A DNA stretch of 64,000 bases, taken from a virus. Position numbers and translations under genes: made by a program. This document shows positions 36,440 through 47,320 of the stretch, piece after piece; position 1 is the first letter of the stretch; every line of letters begins with the position of its first letter. A model generated the notes under the pieces. It was not told the origin of the DNA. It searched no databases and worked only from the letters and a program-made list of their open reading frames with translations. Where the stretch lies: positions 1-64,000 of the IMG/VR virus record IMGVR_UViG_3300048837_000975; one strand, written 5' to 3'.

Positions 36440-36794
36440 GAACCACCCAAACCGGAATACTGTGAGCCCTGCATCGCGTTACGCAATCAAAAGTTCCTCG
36501 AGAGTCTTCGAGATCATCCTTGTCGCATAGAGCCAGGCAATGCGTTGCGGCGGAGTGCCGAATCATTCGCTCGTTTCTCTCGGGTCCAGCACGCCTTCCT
36601 TTGGACCAGTCCGCCGTGTAGACATGAACAGGAACAGAGAACCGGCTGCCGACGTTGCCAGCAGCCTGATCTGGTCCTCGGCACCCTCCGTGCACGATCT
36701 TGCTAGGTTTCCCGTTCTGATTGATCCACTCAACGATCGCCTTCTCGGCATCGAACTCTGGAATCGTTCTAGAACCACATACCAGCAAGATCAT
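36420..36794 (-). CDS. YspA/SLOG family (DUF2493-like) protein
   Basis: VCGSR, VHGGCRGPD, ADW..GR.AGP.RN, SRGT. Confidence 0.85.
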   Translation of the reverse strand: MILLVCGSRTIPEFDAEKAIVEWINQNGKPSKIVHGGCRGPDQAAGNVGSRFSVPVHVYTADWSKGRRAGPERNERMIRHSAATHCLALCDKDDLEDSRGTFDCVTRCRAHSIPVWVVHVRHSG

Positions 36795-36809
36795 AAAGCC
36801 TCACTTTAC

Positions 36810-37775
36810 CTATGCGCGGCGGCGCGTTCGCTTCTGCTGTTCAGGATCCGAGGCGTCGAGCCCTTCGGTGGCGGCAACGAATTCGCTCACCAGTGCGCTC
36901 CCGCCAACCGTGGGCGGCAGATCTGCTTCGGCAACCTCAACCGTTGGCGTCGAGCTTACGACCTCGGCGGCTACCGTCTGGACAGCTTCCTTGTCGGCTC
37001 GCTTCTCTTCCGCGGCTGCGATCGTGGCCCCGATGTCGAACCCTGCGTCGCTCTCGAGCACCTTCGCCAAAGCATCGTCCGGCGACAGGGCGACGTACTT
37101 GAGAACCTGCTTGATCGCAGTCTTTTTCCACATAGACGATTCCCATGCGTTCCATGGCGAACTCGGGTTGTTTGACGACTTCGATGCCTTCTTTACCTTG
37201 TCAATGTAGCGCTGGTTGATCACCTCGAACTCGGCGTCTCCGGACTTGAGAATAACAACTCCATACGCGTAGATCGGCCTGTCGATGTCCACTTCACCAT
37301 CAGACATCACATGAAGAGCTCCAAGAGCTTCTCGGTCTGACATCCCAGCCGGGACATGTTGCAGATCTCGGTGAAGGCCCAAGGTGTAACGGAATTCGTC
37401 ACCCGGGTATACGCAGTAAGCATAGATGCTCTTTACGTTACCAGACCGACGGGCCAGTTCACACAGACCCTTGTACCCGATCTGAAACTGGCACTCGCGC
37501 CCGTACGGAATCAGGTACGCCAGACCGAGAGCGCCATTCGGCTCAAGTCCCAAAGACGCAGACTGTCGAACCGAGTGAAAGAAGCTCTCTGGAGTGCAAT
37601 TCAGTAGTGCTGGATTTGTATGAATGGCATTGACGCAGACCTGCGCGAACCTCTTAAGATTCTGGTCTCCGCCCATTCCCTGAGGCAACGCCTGCGCCAG
37701 GGACTTCATGTTGTTGACCAAGATCTTGCGCAGCGCGGTAAAGCGCTCGTCGTCTGCTCGAATGATAGCCGTCAA
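36810..37775 (-). CDS. recT: RecT single-strand annealing recombinase
   Basis: L.CTPES...A.LGLEP..LG.AYLIPY..CQFQIGYKG..ELARRSG; PW...M.KKT. Confidence 0.92.
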   Translation of the reverse strand: MTAIIRADDERFTALRKILVNNMKSLAQALPQGMGGDQNLKRFAQVCVNAIHTNPALLNCTPESFFHSVRQSASLGLEPNGALGLAYLIPYGRECQFQIGYKGLCELARRSGNVKSIYAYCVYPGDEFRYTLGLHRDLQHVPAGMSDREALGALHVMSDGEVDIDRPIYAYGVVILKSGDAEFEVINQRYIDKVKKASKSSNNPSSPWNAWESSMWKKTAIKQVLKYVALSPDDALAKVLESDAGFDIGATIAAAEEKRADKEAVQTVAAEVVSSTPTVEVAEADLPPTVGGSALVSEFVAATEGLDASDPEQQKRTRRRA

Positions 37776-38155
37776 TTTACTTTGCCTCCGGTTGCGCCCT
37801 TCTTGGGCGGTTGCGCCATCTTCAGAAGATCGCTGATCGTCTGAACGTCGTCACCCTGCGACTTGGACTTTATCTCATCCAACTGATCGATTATCGTCGA
37901 TAGCTTCAGAAGAATCGCGATGTGCTCAGACGTTGCAATGGACACCTGAATCATTGCGTGAGCATCTGCCCATCGACCTTGTTCGCTGAACTTCGCTGCC
38001 ACCCGAGGAGGAAGAAGCTGAAGCTTGTCAAAGATTCCTTGCAAGAATTCTTTGTCAGCGTAACGCTTGTCTGACCCTCCGGTGTACGCGTCATCCATCA
38101 GCTTAGCTGTCAGGTTCATAAGCGAGATAAGTTCAGTCTCAGGATCCGTTGTCAC
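37772..38155 (-). CDS. hypothetical protein
   Basis: ORF coupled by 4-nt overlaps. Confidence 0.6.
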   Translation of the reverse strand: MTTDPETELISLMNLTAKLMDDAYTGGSDKRYADKEFLQGIFDKLQLLPPRVAAKFSEQGRWADAHAMIQVSIATSEHIAILLKLSTIIDQLDEIKSKSQGDDVQTISDLLKMAQPPKKGATGGKVN

Positions 38156-39354
38156 TTCTTCGCGCCCTTCTTTGCAGGTTTCTCTTCGACCTTCTTTTCG
38201 GCCTCGGAAATCTTCGTTGGCTTCTGAACAAGCGCGACAAGCGCCTTGTAGTCGCCGCTTGTCACAGTAAGATGATTCGGCTCAGACAGCTTGATCGACA
38301 CAACATCGGTTGCCGCGGACTTGATGTTAGCCAGCAGGAGAGGTGCGCTGATGTAAAGCTCGGTGTCTCGTTCTACGGAGTCACACTCTACGATATCTAC
38401 GGCTCCAAGCTCAGCGTCCGCCGTAAAGTCGGTCACCATCTCGATCTTCACTCGCCCAGGCTTCGTTATGTCGCTGAGCTGCTTTGAAAACTTCAGAGAG
38501 ATCACCGAATCTGGCTTCACGCAGGTTACGCCTTTGATGGCCTGCGTAAGAGCTTCTGAGCTCACGGTCGCGATAGAGCGCGGCTCGATCATCTTGAGAA
38601 CATTGCGCCACGGGACGAATGGCTCCATCGGCGTCATGCACGCGATCATGCTCTCATCCGTCTCAACATAGATGTGGTTTTCGTCCTGGTTGATCTGGAG
38701 AGTTTGTGAGTCTTCGCAGATCTCCCCGAGCGCCCGGTGCATCAGGCTTGGGATCAGGCGCTCCCACTTCGTATCAGCTGCGCACCCGGACGCCGACTCA
38801 ACAGCGGCGAGCTGGTATCCGTTCGCTGCAGCGACCGCAATCACCTCTCCAGTGATTTCGACCATCACTCCGGACCTGCCGGTGTTAGGTGCCGGATCCG
38901 AAGCGTGACTCACACGATTCACGAGTCCGCGGAACACTGACGCCTGTACAGTGATCGCCCCGTCCTTAGGAGGAAGCGGAATCTTCGGCATCTCGTCGGC
39001 TGGGCGAGTCGGAAGCTTGTGCGTTCGCGCAGTGCCGACCCCCTTCACAATCAGTGAGCTGCCGTCGAGGGTCATTGAGACCTCTTCCGATGTAAGGGAC
39101 TTTACGATGCGAGACAGCGGCTTGACGGACACGAGCAGCTTTCCGGCATCAGTCACGTCCGCCGGGATCGTAGTTTCTAAAGCCATCTTGAGGTTCGTGC
39201 CGGCAAGCTGAAGAGTTGCTCCAGCTTCAGCGTCAGCGACGAAAGCCATAATGCGAACATAACCTAGGGTGCTGATCGTAGACTTGTCGTCTGTGACGCC
39301 CTCAACTTTTTCGAGAGCGCGCGTAAGCGATTGGCGGTTTACCGTTAACTTCAT
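38152..39354 (-). CDS. dnaN: DNA polymerase III beta sliding clamp
   Basis: MKLTVNRQSL..AL, GTNL, AANGYQLA, F.PWRNV; length typical of beta clamp. Confidence 0.85.
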   Translation of the reverse strand: MKLTVNRQSLTRALEKVEGVTDDKSTISTLGYVRIMAFVADAEAGATLQLAGTNLKMALETTIPADVTDAGKLLVSVKPLSRIVKSLTSEEVSMTLDGSSLIVKGVGTARTHKLPTRPADEMPKIPLPPKDGAITVQASVFRGLVNRVSHASDPAPNTGRSGVMVEITGEVIAVAAANGYQLAAVESASGCAADTKWERLIPSLMHRALGEICEDSQTLQINQDENHIYVETDESMIACMTPMEPFVPWRNVLKMIEPRSIATVSSEALTQAIKGVTCVKPDSVISLKFSKQLSDITKPGRVKIEMVTDFTADAELGAVDIVECDSVERDTELYISAPLLLANIKSAATDVVSIKLSEPNHLTVTSGDYKALVALVQKPTKISEAEKKVEEKPAKKGAKK

Positions 39355-39406
39355 AGCTATCTCCGGGTTAAAATGTTGTAGCAGGCTCAACCTATACGCG
39401 CAAGCG

Positions 39407-39622
39407 CTATTTCTCTTCGGCCGCTAGGCAGGCTTCGCACCTGGCCGGAGAGCCAATCAATCCCTTGCGAATCGTTGTCCGGAAAAGCTTGCAAGCGTAC
39501 GAATCGGGCCCTCCTTGCATCGGAGCCGGAATGTACCTAACGGCCGGACACGGACCGCAGTGGATTCCGTCCTTCGCGACAGAGGTTAAGAGGCACAGGT
39601 GTACGGTTTTACTTTCTTCCAT
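39407..39622 (-). CDS. small Cys-rich hypothetical protein
   Basis: CGPC, C.LF, RCEACLAAE. Confidence 0.6.
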   Translation of the reverse strand: MEESKTVHLCLLTSVAKDGIHCGPCPAVRYIPAPMQGGPDSYACKLFRTTIRKGLIGSPARCEACLAAEEK

Positions 39623-40547
39623 AGTTCTTCTTCAATTTCAGTTGTCGCACCTCGGTCTCCGCGACCGTGTAACTCTTGCGTTTGTACTTCGAGTAGTCCC
39701 AGGATCCGGACCCATCAGGAAGCAGCCCGCGCTCATGCTGCCCGATAGACTCCGCTAGCCTGTTCTCAAGCTCGTTTACTGTCTTCTTCAAGTCCGAGAT
39801 CTGATCCTTGGTCTCCTGAAGCTCCTTGGTCCAGATCACCGCCTCATCAGGTAGGGTCACTGCCGACCCAGCCATGATGTCCAAGGCATCGATCGCGTCC
39901 TTTGACGACGTGGTGTTGTCTGCCGGGAACTCGGGCATCTTGTCGCCAGCCAGAGAGTCATAAAACTCCTGGGTCTTGCGTACAATGAGAGCGCTCAGGC
40001 CCTTGTCTCTTCTGAAGTCGCCAAACCTATGATGAAAGAACGGAGCCCCGATCACGGCCGACAGTCCACCCCAGGAGGCGCCCGTGACGATCATCTGAGT
40101 CTGCAGCTGAATCTGGTACTTCAGGTGAGGTTCACCCTTCGCTGGCCAGTTCTCTCCATTACCGGTCGTCTTCAGCTCAAGAGGCGGAAGCGGTCCAACG
40201 ATCGGCCTTCCGTCAACATCCAGAATCTCGTAGTCCAGCGTTGCGCCGAGCCACGGGTACTGCTTTGACCTCATCAGGTACTGGCAACGTCGAACCTTGC
40301 GACCGGTCTTCTTGCTGTAGAGCTCCGCAACAAGCGGCTCCATTACGTGACCCATCTCGAGGTATCCTGGGTCTTCGAGCTCTTTGCGCTCGATCCATCG
40401 TTTCTTCTCAAGCCAGATCTTGGTCGCGCCAGGCACCACGCCTAGGATAGCTGGAACCTCGCTTGCGGTGATGAGTTTCCACCTGTGCTTTAGCCAGGCT
40501 TCACGGTCGTCGTCGCCGTTGCAAACGATGTCGTAAAACTCGCTCAT
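39609..40547 (-). CDS. YqaJ-like (lambda-exo family) recombination exonuclease
   Basis: WL..R...ITASE..AILG, GH.MEP, ATLD, ELKT, Y.IQ.Q.QM. Confidence 0.9.
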   Translation of the reverse strand: MSEFYDIVCNGDDDREAWLKHRWKLITASEVPAILGVVPGATKIWLEKKRWIERKELEDPGYLEMGHVMEPLVAELYSKKTGRKVRRCQYLMRSKQYPWLGATLDYEILDVDGRPIVGPLPPLELKTTGNGENWPAKGEPHLKYQIQLQTQMIVTGASWGGLSAVIGAPFFHHRFGDFRRDKGLSALIVRKTQEFYDSLAGDKMPEFPADNTTSSKDAIDALDIMAGSAVTLPDEAVIWTKELQETKDQISDLKKTVNELENRLAESIGQHERGLLPDGSGSWDYSKYKRKSYTVAETEVRQLKLKKNYGRK

Positions 40548-43500
40548 TTTCTGCCGATACTACCGAAACAATCGATCACGATGTCTTGAATCCTATCGCA
40601 GTATCCGTGATCGTCGTCGCCCCATCCCATAGCCTCGCTGCATATGTCATCGATCTTAGATAGCGCTGAAACCGCTACGCGAAGGCTCCTCTTCGCAGAC
40701 TCAATGATCTCAATAGCCTCGGCCAGCTCAGCTTTCGTTTGTACCAGGTCGACACAAACCTTGGCGCGCTCCTCTATTCCAGCTGCGTCAAGGTCGTACG
40801 CGATGATTTTCTCCTGGTCGGTCATAAGTCGAACACTTTCCCGGTCCCTGCGCCATTGCAGCCAACCACGATCCGCATCCTGCCATCGTGCAGGTGGGTA
40901 CCGTCGTAGCGACCGATCTCCTTTGGGTCTGCTTTCTTCACATGTGCACAGTACGCCTTTGTGAGCTCACGCGCAAGCGAAAACGAGACGGTTGGTGTGG
41001 TCTTTCCTGTCCGATCGTACTGGCGGAAGGTGCGCGTCTTCGCGAGCAGATATCCGTTCATTCTTCTTGTTTCCGTTGCGCATCTCGCAGGTTTGCTGCG
41101 GCCTCAAAGAACGCCCGGTGCTGACTCGGGAAGTCGCCGAGGCGAGTACCGTCGGTACCGATGACGGTCCAGCGGTTCACTTGCCGAAGTTCATCAAAGC
41201 GCACATGTACAGTGTGTAGTTTGTTTGAAAACGTCCACCAGTACGGTTTCACCTCGATCCACTCAAACTCTCCCGAGTAGATCATTGGGCGGTCATCGAA
41301 TCCGATTTCCTTGCTTACGCACTTGTCACACATTCTGTCTCCTAGCAAAAAATTTTTCGCACGAAAAGCTCTTCTCGGTTGTCTCTTCGCGATACCAGTT
41401 TACTCGTTCTGAGCAGCTTCCAAAGTCTCCTCCGACGTGAGCGCTCCAATGAACGCACGCTTCGCAGGTCTTCTTCCTGTTTTTACAGGAGCATCCTTTG
41501 CAGTTTTTGCAGGTCATCCCAGAACCCTGAGCGCCCACTGGATAGCGGCGGTTGACGTGGTCAGGTCGCTATTCTTAGCCATTATGGTCGGATTCGAGAC
41601 GCTAACGGACCAGCCCTTTACATCTTTCTGGCACAGTCGCACTCGAGCATTCCACATCTGACACGACCACTCTCCAATCACGTTTGTGCAGAACTCGTCA
41701 ACAGCTTCTGGCCTGAAGATGAACGTCCCGTACTTGAACTCTTTCCCTGGCTCCGGAACCTTCTCCTCGCGCTCTCTATTCTTGATGCTATCCATGTAGT
41801 TATTTACCCAGTGATCTCCGGTTACTCTCACCATTAGCGAGCCACCCATCCCATGTTGTTAGGCTTGTCCTGAAAGGATATGCTGAACGACAGATACTGC
41901 TGACCCGGCCGAATCGTTGACCTGATCCAAAGCTGTTGGTCCTTCAGGTGGTACGGAACCACCACCTTGCTGCATCCAAGGTTGCTCACAGTGATCACGT
42001 ACCCGCCGCTGTCGATCCGATCATCAGTCCTCGTTGGCTTCATCGATCATCCTAACGATCTTGAGCATGTCTCCAGTGTGATCCTTGAAGCCGTCAATAA
42101 CGTCTACACAGAACCGCCGAACCTGCTGCAATTTGTCTCGAAACCTAAACTGAAGATCGTCGCACTGCTCCGCTTCACGAATCCAGTCGTTACGCTGCCA
42201 GCGCACATGCTTCGCGTAGCGCTTCCATGTATCAGCTCGCTCCTCTGCTAGGTCTCGTCGTCGGACAGCCTCGTCGCGCTCCTCCTTCATACCATCGAAG
42301 TTCAGTTGAGCTGCGTGACAGAGAACCTGTTCGGTCTCGAGCTTTTCTCGAAGCTCCTCGCGATCAGCAAATAGCTCATCACTGAGAGCGCCAAGGGTTC
42401 CAACAAGAGTGCGCAGGTGCTTGTTCTCTCGACTGAGGCGTGCCGCATCTTCGATTTTGTTCTGAAGAGCCTGAGACTTCTCAAGATCTCGAGAGTTGAG
42501 CCTATGAATCTCGCGTTCGTAAAGCTCGATCTTCCGCAGTTGAGCACACGTCTCCTTCTCAGCAAACTCCTGATGCATCTCAGCTTCTGAAGCTCGACTC
42601 TGAATAACGTTCACAGCCTTCAGGATCTCCTCCCGAGCCGAGTCGAGAGTGACGTATGTTTCAAGAAGTTGTTCGATTGTGTTCATCGTTTGTTGCTCAT
42701 ATCCCTCAAACTTCTAGTCCAGAATACGTGGCTGTGCGCGCTATGGAGCGGGCACAACTTCAGAACATCGCCGATGCCAGCTCCATGGTCTCTTATCCAT
42801 CTACATCCGCAGGTATACTCGCTGTCACTTCCTTGTTTGTATACTCGGTTGTAGATGTCTCCGTTCGTTGGTTGCGAGTGTTTGCTCATTCTGCTCCAAG
42901 TCTCCTAAGAACAGCTTCCATTGCCTGGTTCCAGCCCCTCTTCCACATGTCTGTCTCATCGCGCGGCCACGGGTCTTTCGCCAAACGGATCAATCTGTCG
43001 ACTGAGTCCTTCAAAGCGTATTGTTCCTTGTGCACGCGGTTGACGTAACTTACGATTCTATCTCTAGCTTCGTCCTTTTCTTCAAGAGTCGCAGCGCAGT
43101 CGTAGTCATCAAGCAAGTCTTCTATGTGTGTCACTGTAACCCCTCTCTGCAGGACGACGGCGCTCCGCAGTTTGAACAGGGACCAAGCCCAAAGTCGTAA
43201 CAGTAGCTGCAGCGCCTGGGCTCAGGCTCGGACAGAACCCGGTGCGGCATCTGTGGAGTTGGGTGCTTCGGAAACGGAGGACGGTGCTCATGCGGATCGC
43301 GCGAGCTCTGACCAGCAGTCCTGGAGCTCTGCTCTGCTGCTCGTCGCATCATGGATCACCTAGCACTTCACTAATTAGCTCACGAATCATCGCGTGCTTC
43401 GCCGGAACGCTGAGTAGCTCGTGGTCCAGAACAAGGGTGATCTCCGAAAGGATCTCCTCAGCCTTTTTTGCTCTCTCCTCCATTAGGGATCCGGCGACAT

Positions 43501-44163
43501 CAGACTCCCAGCACGCAGCTCTGTATGTGTTTAGGAGATATTCGGCCCTGTCAGCTCGCGCCACCTCAGCGAAGAATAGATTCCTCTCGGTTGATGCTGC
43601 AAGCTCTGCTTTTTCTGCGCGAACAAGAGCAGATACCAGACTCTCCTGAGTCTCATAAAGCTCACCAGATAGCTGTTGAACGCGTAGCTCTGCCTTCTCG
43701 GTTCGAGCGCTAAGATCTCCGAATAACTTCAAGATGGCGTCCTTGGAGTTATCAAACCACTCCTTAGCCTCGTCAATCTCTTCTTTCGATGCTGCGCTCT
43801 CCATGCAGCAAAACAGCTCATCTTGAGCCGTGTAGAGTTCTTTTAGAAGACGTTCTATCTTAGTCATTTGTTGTCCTGATGAAGCGGGCATGACGGATCG
43901 TGAGGATGCCTTTTCCTTCCCCGGTGAGACCCCCTGCCTTCCGTTCGGCACAATGTGCACCATGAGCGTTCCATGCAAACCTCTACCACAGCTAGCGCAA
44001 GAGCTTCATGCAGAATCTTGATCTTCGCTTCTGCCTTCTCAGCCCGATCCTTCATCCGCTTCCATCGGCGTCCCTCAATCTCGGCGACTCTTCCTGTATG
44101 GCCGTACCGGCGTGCGTCGTCTAGCTCGAGATCTTCGATGTCTTGTTCTGTAAGATCGCTCAT
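40544..44163 (-). other. cluster of small, overlapping hypothetical phage genes (several coiled-coil)
   Basis: Chain of 68-220 aa ORFs with stop/start overlaps, e.g. 40544..40825, 40822..41061, 41058..41348, 41514..41849, 42024..42686, 42683..42889, 42886..43134, 43349..43978, 43864..44163. Confidence 0.65.
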
Positions 44164-44503
44164 TGTTGGTCACACGCGCACGGTATATATCCGCACGTCC
44201 CGCATTCTCCGGACGCCTTCTTACCACAGATGCCACGCACGAAAGGATCGGTCAACCAAAATCGTGTGGCATAACCCAGGTCACACGTGACCCATCAATG
44301 TTAAAACATACCCACCTAAGATGTTAGTTGAGCCTAAACTAAGCATCTGCCGAAGGTGGTATTCGTGGCCTCATCGCAAACTTTGCGTACCCTACCGAAC
44401 CATTTTGCGCATTCAGGAGGGACGCAACGGAGCAACTACCACCTATCCCACCTCAGCTAAGTACAGAAGAAAAGAAGAGAAAACCTGCCCTACACGATTT
44501 TTC

Positions 44504-44532
44504 TTGACATCGTATTTCGGACGTGGTAGACG
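44504..44532 (+). promoter_or_regulatory. sigma70-type promoter
   Basis: TTGACA-17 nt-TAGACG with TG extension and A-rich upstream tract. Confidence 0.65.
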
Positions 44533-44542
44533 TTGTGTCTCG

Positions 44543-44936
44543 CGTGTGTTCGTTTTCTTTTGTTCGCTACCGCGGACAAGCCTTCAGGGTACGCAGCTAC
44601 CAGGTGTGAGTTCGGCATTGAAGCGCTAACCCTTACCACGTAGGATGCTTTCATGCAAGGGTTGGCGCTTCCGTTCCAACCCGCAAAGCACAACCGGTGG
44701 TTCGGCGCGGGGAGGAAGTGACGAAGCGTAGCGTAGTCGCTTCCGAGAGAAAAAAAGAAATCAGGGATGTTCGTCGGCGCTTCGGGGCCGAGACCCCGAG
44801 CAAGCGGGATGGAAGGGCGAAGGGCCCTTCCCGCAGTGCAGCGCTAGCCGCTGCCCATGAGCTCTGGTCTAAAGACGTTACCGGTTGGAACTTCCTGTCG
44901 CTCCCGCCTGGCCTGGCGTACCAAGTCGGGCACACG
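44543..44936 (+). ncRNA. candidate large structured non-coding RNA
   Basis: Nested long-range helices 44543-52/44927-36, 44588-94/44916-22, 44600-06/44905-11, 44673-81/44883-91 plus several local hairpins; no convincing ORF. Confidence 0.55.
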
Positions 44937-44995
44937 TTCCTTTTCTTTAGATCTCTTTTTCTGATCTCCTACCACCTTACCAGGTTACTATAGCT

Positions 44996-45050
44996 ACGCC
45001 CGCGCGCGCGCGCGGGCGTGTGTGCGCGTATGTGCGAGCGCGAGCGCGCG
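44996..45050. repeat. alternating purine-pyrimidine (CG/TG) tract
   Basis: CGCGCGCGCGCGCGGGCGTGTGTGCGCGTATGTGCGAGCGCGAGCGCGCG. Confidence 0.7.
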
Positions 45051-45113
45051 AACAACAAAGAACCAAGAATCTGGTTGCGCCAGGTGCTTATCTGGTGTAG
45101 AGAGATCGGATCC

Positions 45114-46043
45114 ATGAGCGAAAACGAAACAGATCCGAGTGGTGGGTCAGAGAACACCGATCAGGCTGCCGGCCCGCTGGACCAACTTGCGATCGGATGG
45201 CAGCAGTCGCTGACCAAGATGCGAGCAGAGTTTGCTGAGCGACTTCGTGAGAAGGGTCCGATCGGGTGGCTCGAGGAGAACGCTCCTCGGTTGCTACCTC
45301 TCGTCGGACCGGACGTGACCGAGGAGGAGCTGCTTGCTTGCTCCAAGGAAGACCTCTCAGACGCGTCCGTGCGCATCGGGCACTGCGAGACCTGTCCGGA
45401 GACCGGAGGCGTCTGTGCGGGCGCGTACAGGGCCGGCGAGACGGTGTCCTGGGAGAAGGGGCAAGGGGTGGTCTACTCTCCGTGCTCCGAGAAGTGGAAA
45501 AAGCACATCATCACGGAAACTGTGCGACGATGCGGAGTCCCTCGCGGCATGGAGTGGGCGAAGCCTCACAAGGGCTGGGATCTTGTGACCATAGGTGCAT
45601 GGCTACGCGGGGTCATATCTGGTCAGTCGCAGAGCCTGCTCATCCTGAGCGCCCCCAGGCAGCCGCGCGTACTGGCTCCGGTATGTGCCGCCGTCGCGCG
45701 CAAGCTGACCGAGAACACGGGTTTGGGTGGCAGGTGGACTCCTGCGTGGGTCCGGAACGCCTACGCGCTGGAGGAGCCCGTTCTGCGCGCCCTGAAGGAT
45801 GATCTCGACCCACTCGACTGTGACACGACGCGCAACGCTCAGCTTGTCATCCTGTACGGGTGGGACGGAGAGATCGAACGCAAGGTCACCAGGAGTATTG
45901 ATAAGATGCTCTCGTTCAGGCTTCGAGGCCGGAGCCCTTACACAATCTTCGCCACCACTGAAAGTCCGCGTTTGATAGCAAACTGCTTCAAGCAGTGCGC
46001 GGATTTGCTAGATTGCGCAGAGGTGGTAGAGTTTAGAGGGTGA
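45114..46043 (+). CDS. DnaC/IstB-like helicase-loader-like protein with Zn-binding N-terminus, degenerate ATPase
   Basis: CxxC...C...C then GVP; SLLIL, LVIL, TIFATT strands present but no intact Walker A. Confidence 0.5.
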   Translation: MSENETDPSGGSENTDQAAGPLDQLAIGWQQSLTKMRAEFAERLREKGPIGWLEENAPRLLPLVGPDVTEEELLACSKEDLSDASVRIGHCETCPETGGVCAGAYRAGETVSWEKGQGVVYSPCSEKWKKHIITETVRRCGVPRGMEWAKPHKGWDLVTIGAWLRGVISGQSQSLLILSAPRQPRVLAPVCAAVARKLTENTGLGGRWTPAWVRNAYALEEPVLRALKDDLDPLDCDTTRNAQLVILYGWDGEIERKVTRSIDKMLSFRLRGRSPYTIFATTESPRLIANCFKQCADLLDCAEVVEFRG

Positions 46044-46243
46044 AGTTGCTGTTCGTGCTCCTGATGTTAGCAAGCGCGTCTTGTCTTCGTGGCAAGTGCT
46101 ATGAGTCCGTGTCCGACAAGGACGAGGGCCTCTATTGCGACAACGGAGCTACGCTCGTGTATTGGAACGGTCGATGGGCCTGTGTTTGCGGTCCCGTTGA
46201 AAATCGCACTGTTGAGCAAAATTCGGTTGACCAGCAAGAGTAG
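46040..46243 (+). CDS. small Cys-rich lipoprotein
   Basis: Signal peptide ending ASC; multiple Cys. Confidence 0.6.
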   Translation: MKLLFVLLMLASASCLRGKCYESVSDKDEGLYCDNGATLVYWNGRWACVCGPVENRTVEQNSVDQQE

Positions 46244-46261
46244 GCATGTAAGCATGGGTTC

Positions 46262-46813
46262 ATGCGCCTGGTATTCGCCTTCGCTGAACTTACCATCATA
46301 ACCGGCCTGCTGGCATCATGCTGCGGTGTAGCTCCTGAGGCGGAGGCTCCCGATCGTGTCTTTCTTCCTGTTCCAGCTTTCATAAGCGAATCTGTTACGG
46401 TGTTTCGTAGCGGAACATACAAGTGTGGCGCTTGGCTGTCTGGGCCTGCCGAGCTAACGACCGCGCTTCATTGTTACAACGGTGAGGACGCGAACGCTGA
46501 GCGAGTAGCGATTCGCTCGGTGCGCAGAATGGACATTCTTCGTGACACAGTGGTCTTTGATCTTGCGAACACGAATCCGACGTGGCTAGACCCTGGCAAG
46601 CCGTATGACAACGAGATCGTTGACGTTGTTTCTCCGATCTTCGGTGTCAGCATAACGCCTGTCACTGCTGTGAGTTCAAACTTTGTTAATCTAGAATGGA
46701 CGGCGAAACCAGGGTGGTCCGGAAGCCCAGCGATCGGACCCGACGGGACTGTTGCGTGCATGATTTCTGCGTACTACTACGCGGGAGGTACAAAATGTGT
46801 GAGAGTAAGATGA
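46262..46813 (+). CDS. trypsin-like serine protease lipoprotein
   Basis: TTALHC, D, GWSGSP catalytic motifs; lipobox LASC. Confidence 0.75.
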   Translation: MRLVFAFAELTIITGLLASCCGVAPEAEAPDRVFLPVPAFISESVTVFRSGTYKCGAWLSGPAELTTALHCYNGEDANAERVAIRSVRRMDILRDTVVFDLANTNPTWLDPGKPYDNEIVDVVSPIFGVSITPVTAVSSNFVNLEWTAKPGWSGSPAIGPDGTVACMISAYYYAGGTKCVRVR

Positions 46814-47148
46814 GCAAAGAAGATCTGGAGCGCGCCATTAAGAACCACCTCGCGTGCGTGCACGGCGATGCAGGAGAGACCACGGATGAGCTCGGTCTGA
46901 AAAAAGCTATTGCAGAAGCAACGGCGAAATGGTACAAGGCTGTGGAGCGCCTAGATCGCAGCGCATGGATCCCTGTCGAGGTTGTGATGCCAGGGACTCC
47001 TATGAAGGTCGGCGTCTGGTCCAGCAGTACCGGACACGCTACTGCGTTCTATCACAACGGATTCTGGATCGAAACGTACTCTGAGCTTCCGCTGGTTGAC
47101 GTAACGCACTGGAAGCTGCTTTCGGAGCCGCCGAGGGACACAAAATGA
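46810..47148 (+). CDS. DUF551-like protein
   Basis: WIPVEVVMP...VTHWKLL..PP. Confidence 0.7.
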   Translation: MSKEDLERAIKNHLACVHGDAGETTDELGLKKAIAEATAKWYKAVERLDRSAWIPVEVVMPGTPMKVGVWSSSTGHATAFYHNGFWIETYSELPLVDVTHWKLLSEPPRDTK

Positions 47149-47320
47149 GCAAAATGAATTGGATTGCTGAAGTCGAGCGACTTAACAAAAAGCAAGAAGA
47201 ATTCAACAAGTCTACCGAAGCGACGCGTAAGTTCATGATAGACGACATGCTTGAAGAGCTCGGGCTACTTCGAGGAATGCCTTACGAGGTCGCGCTGGCG
47301 ACGTTGCTTTCGCGAAAACA

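Noticed and set aside
44700-44745. RNase P RNA (GAGGAAG resembles GAGGAAAGUCC)
   Set aside because: The P4 consensus and its 3' partner are absent
44321-44993. Short ORFs as a replication initiator gene
   Set aside because: No recognisable motifs and the frames are interrupted; structure-rich non-coding interpretation fits better
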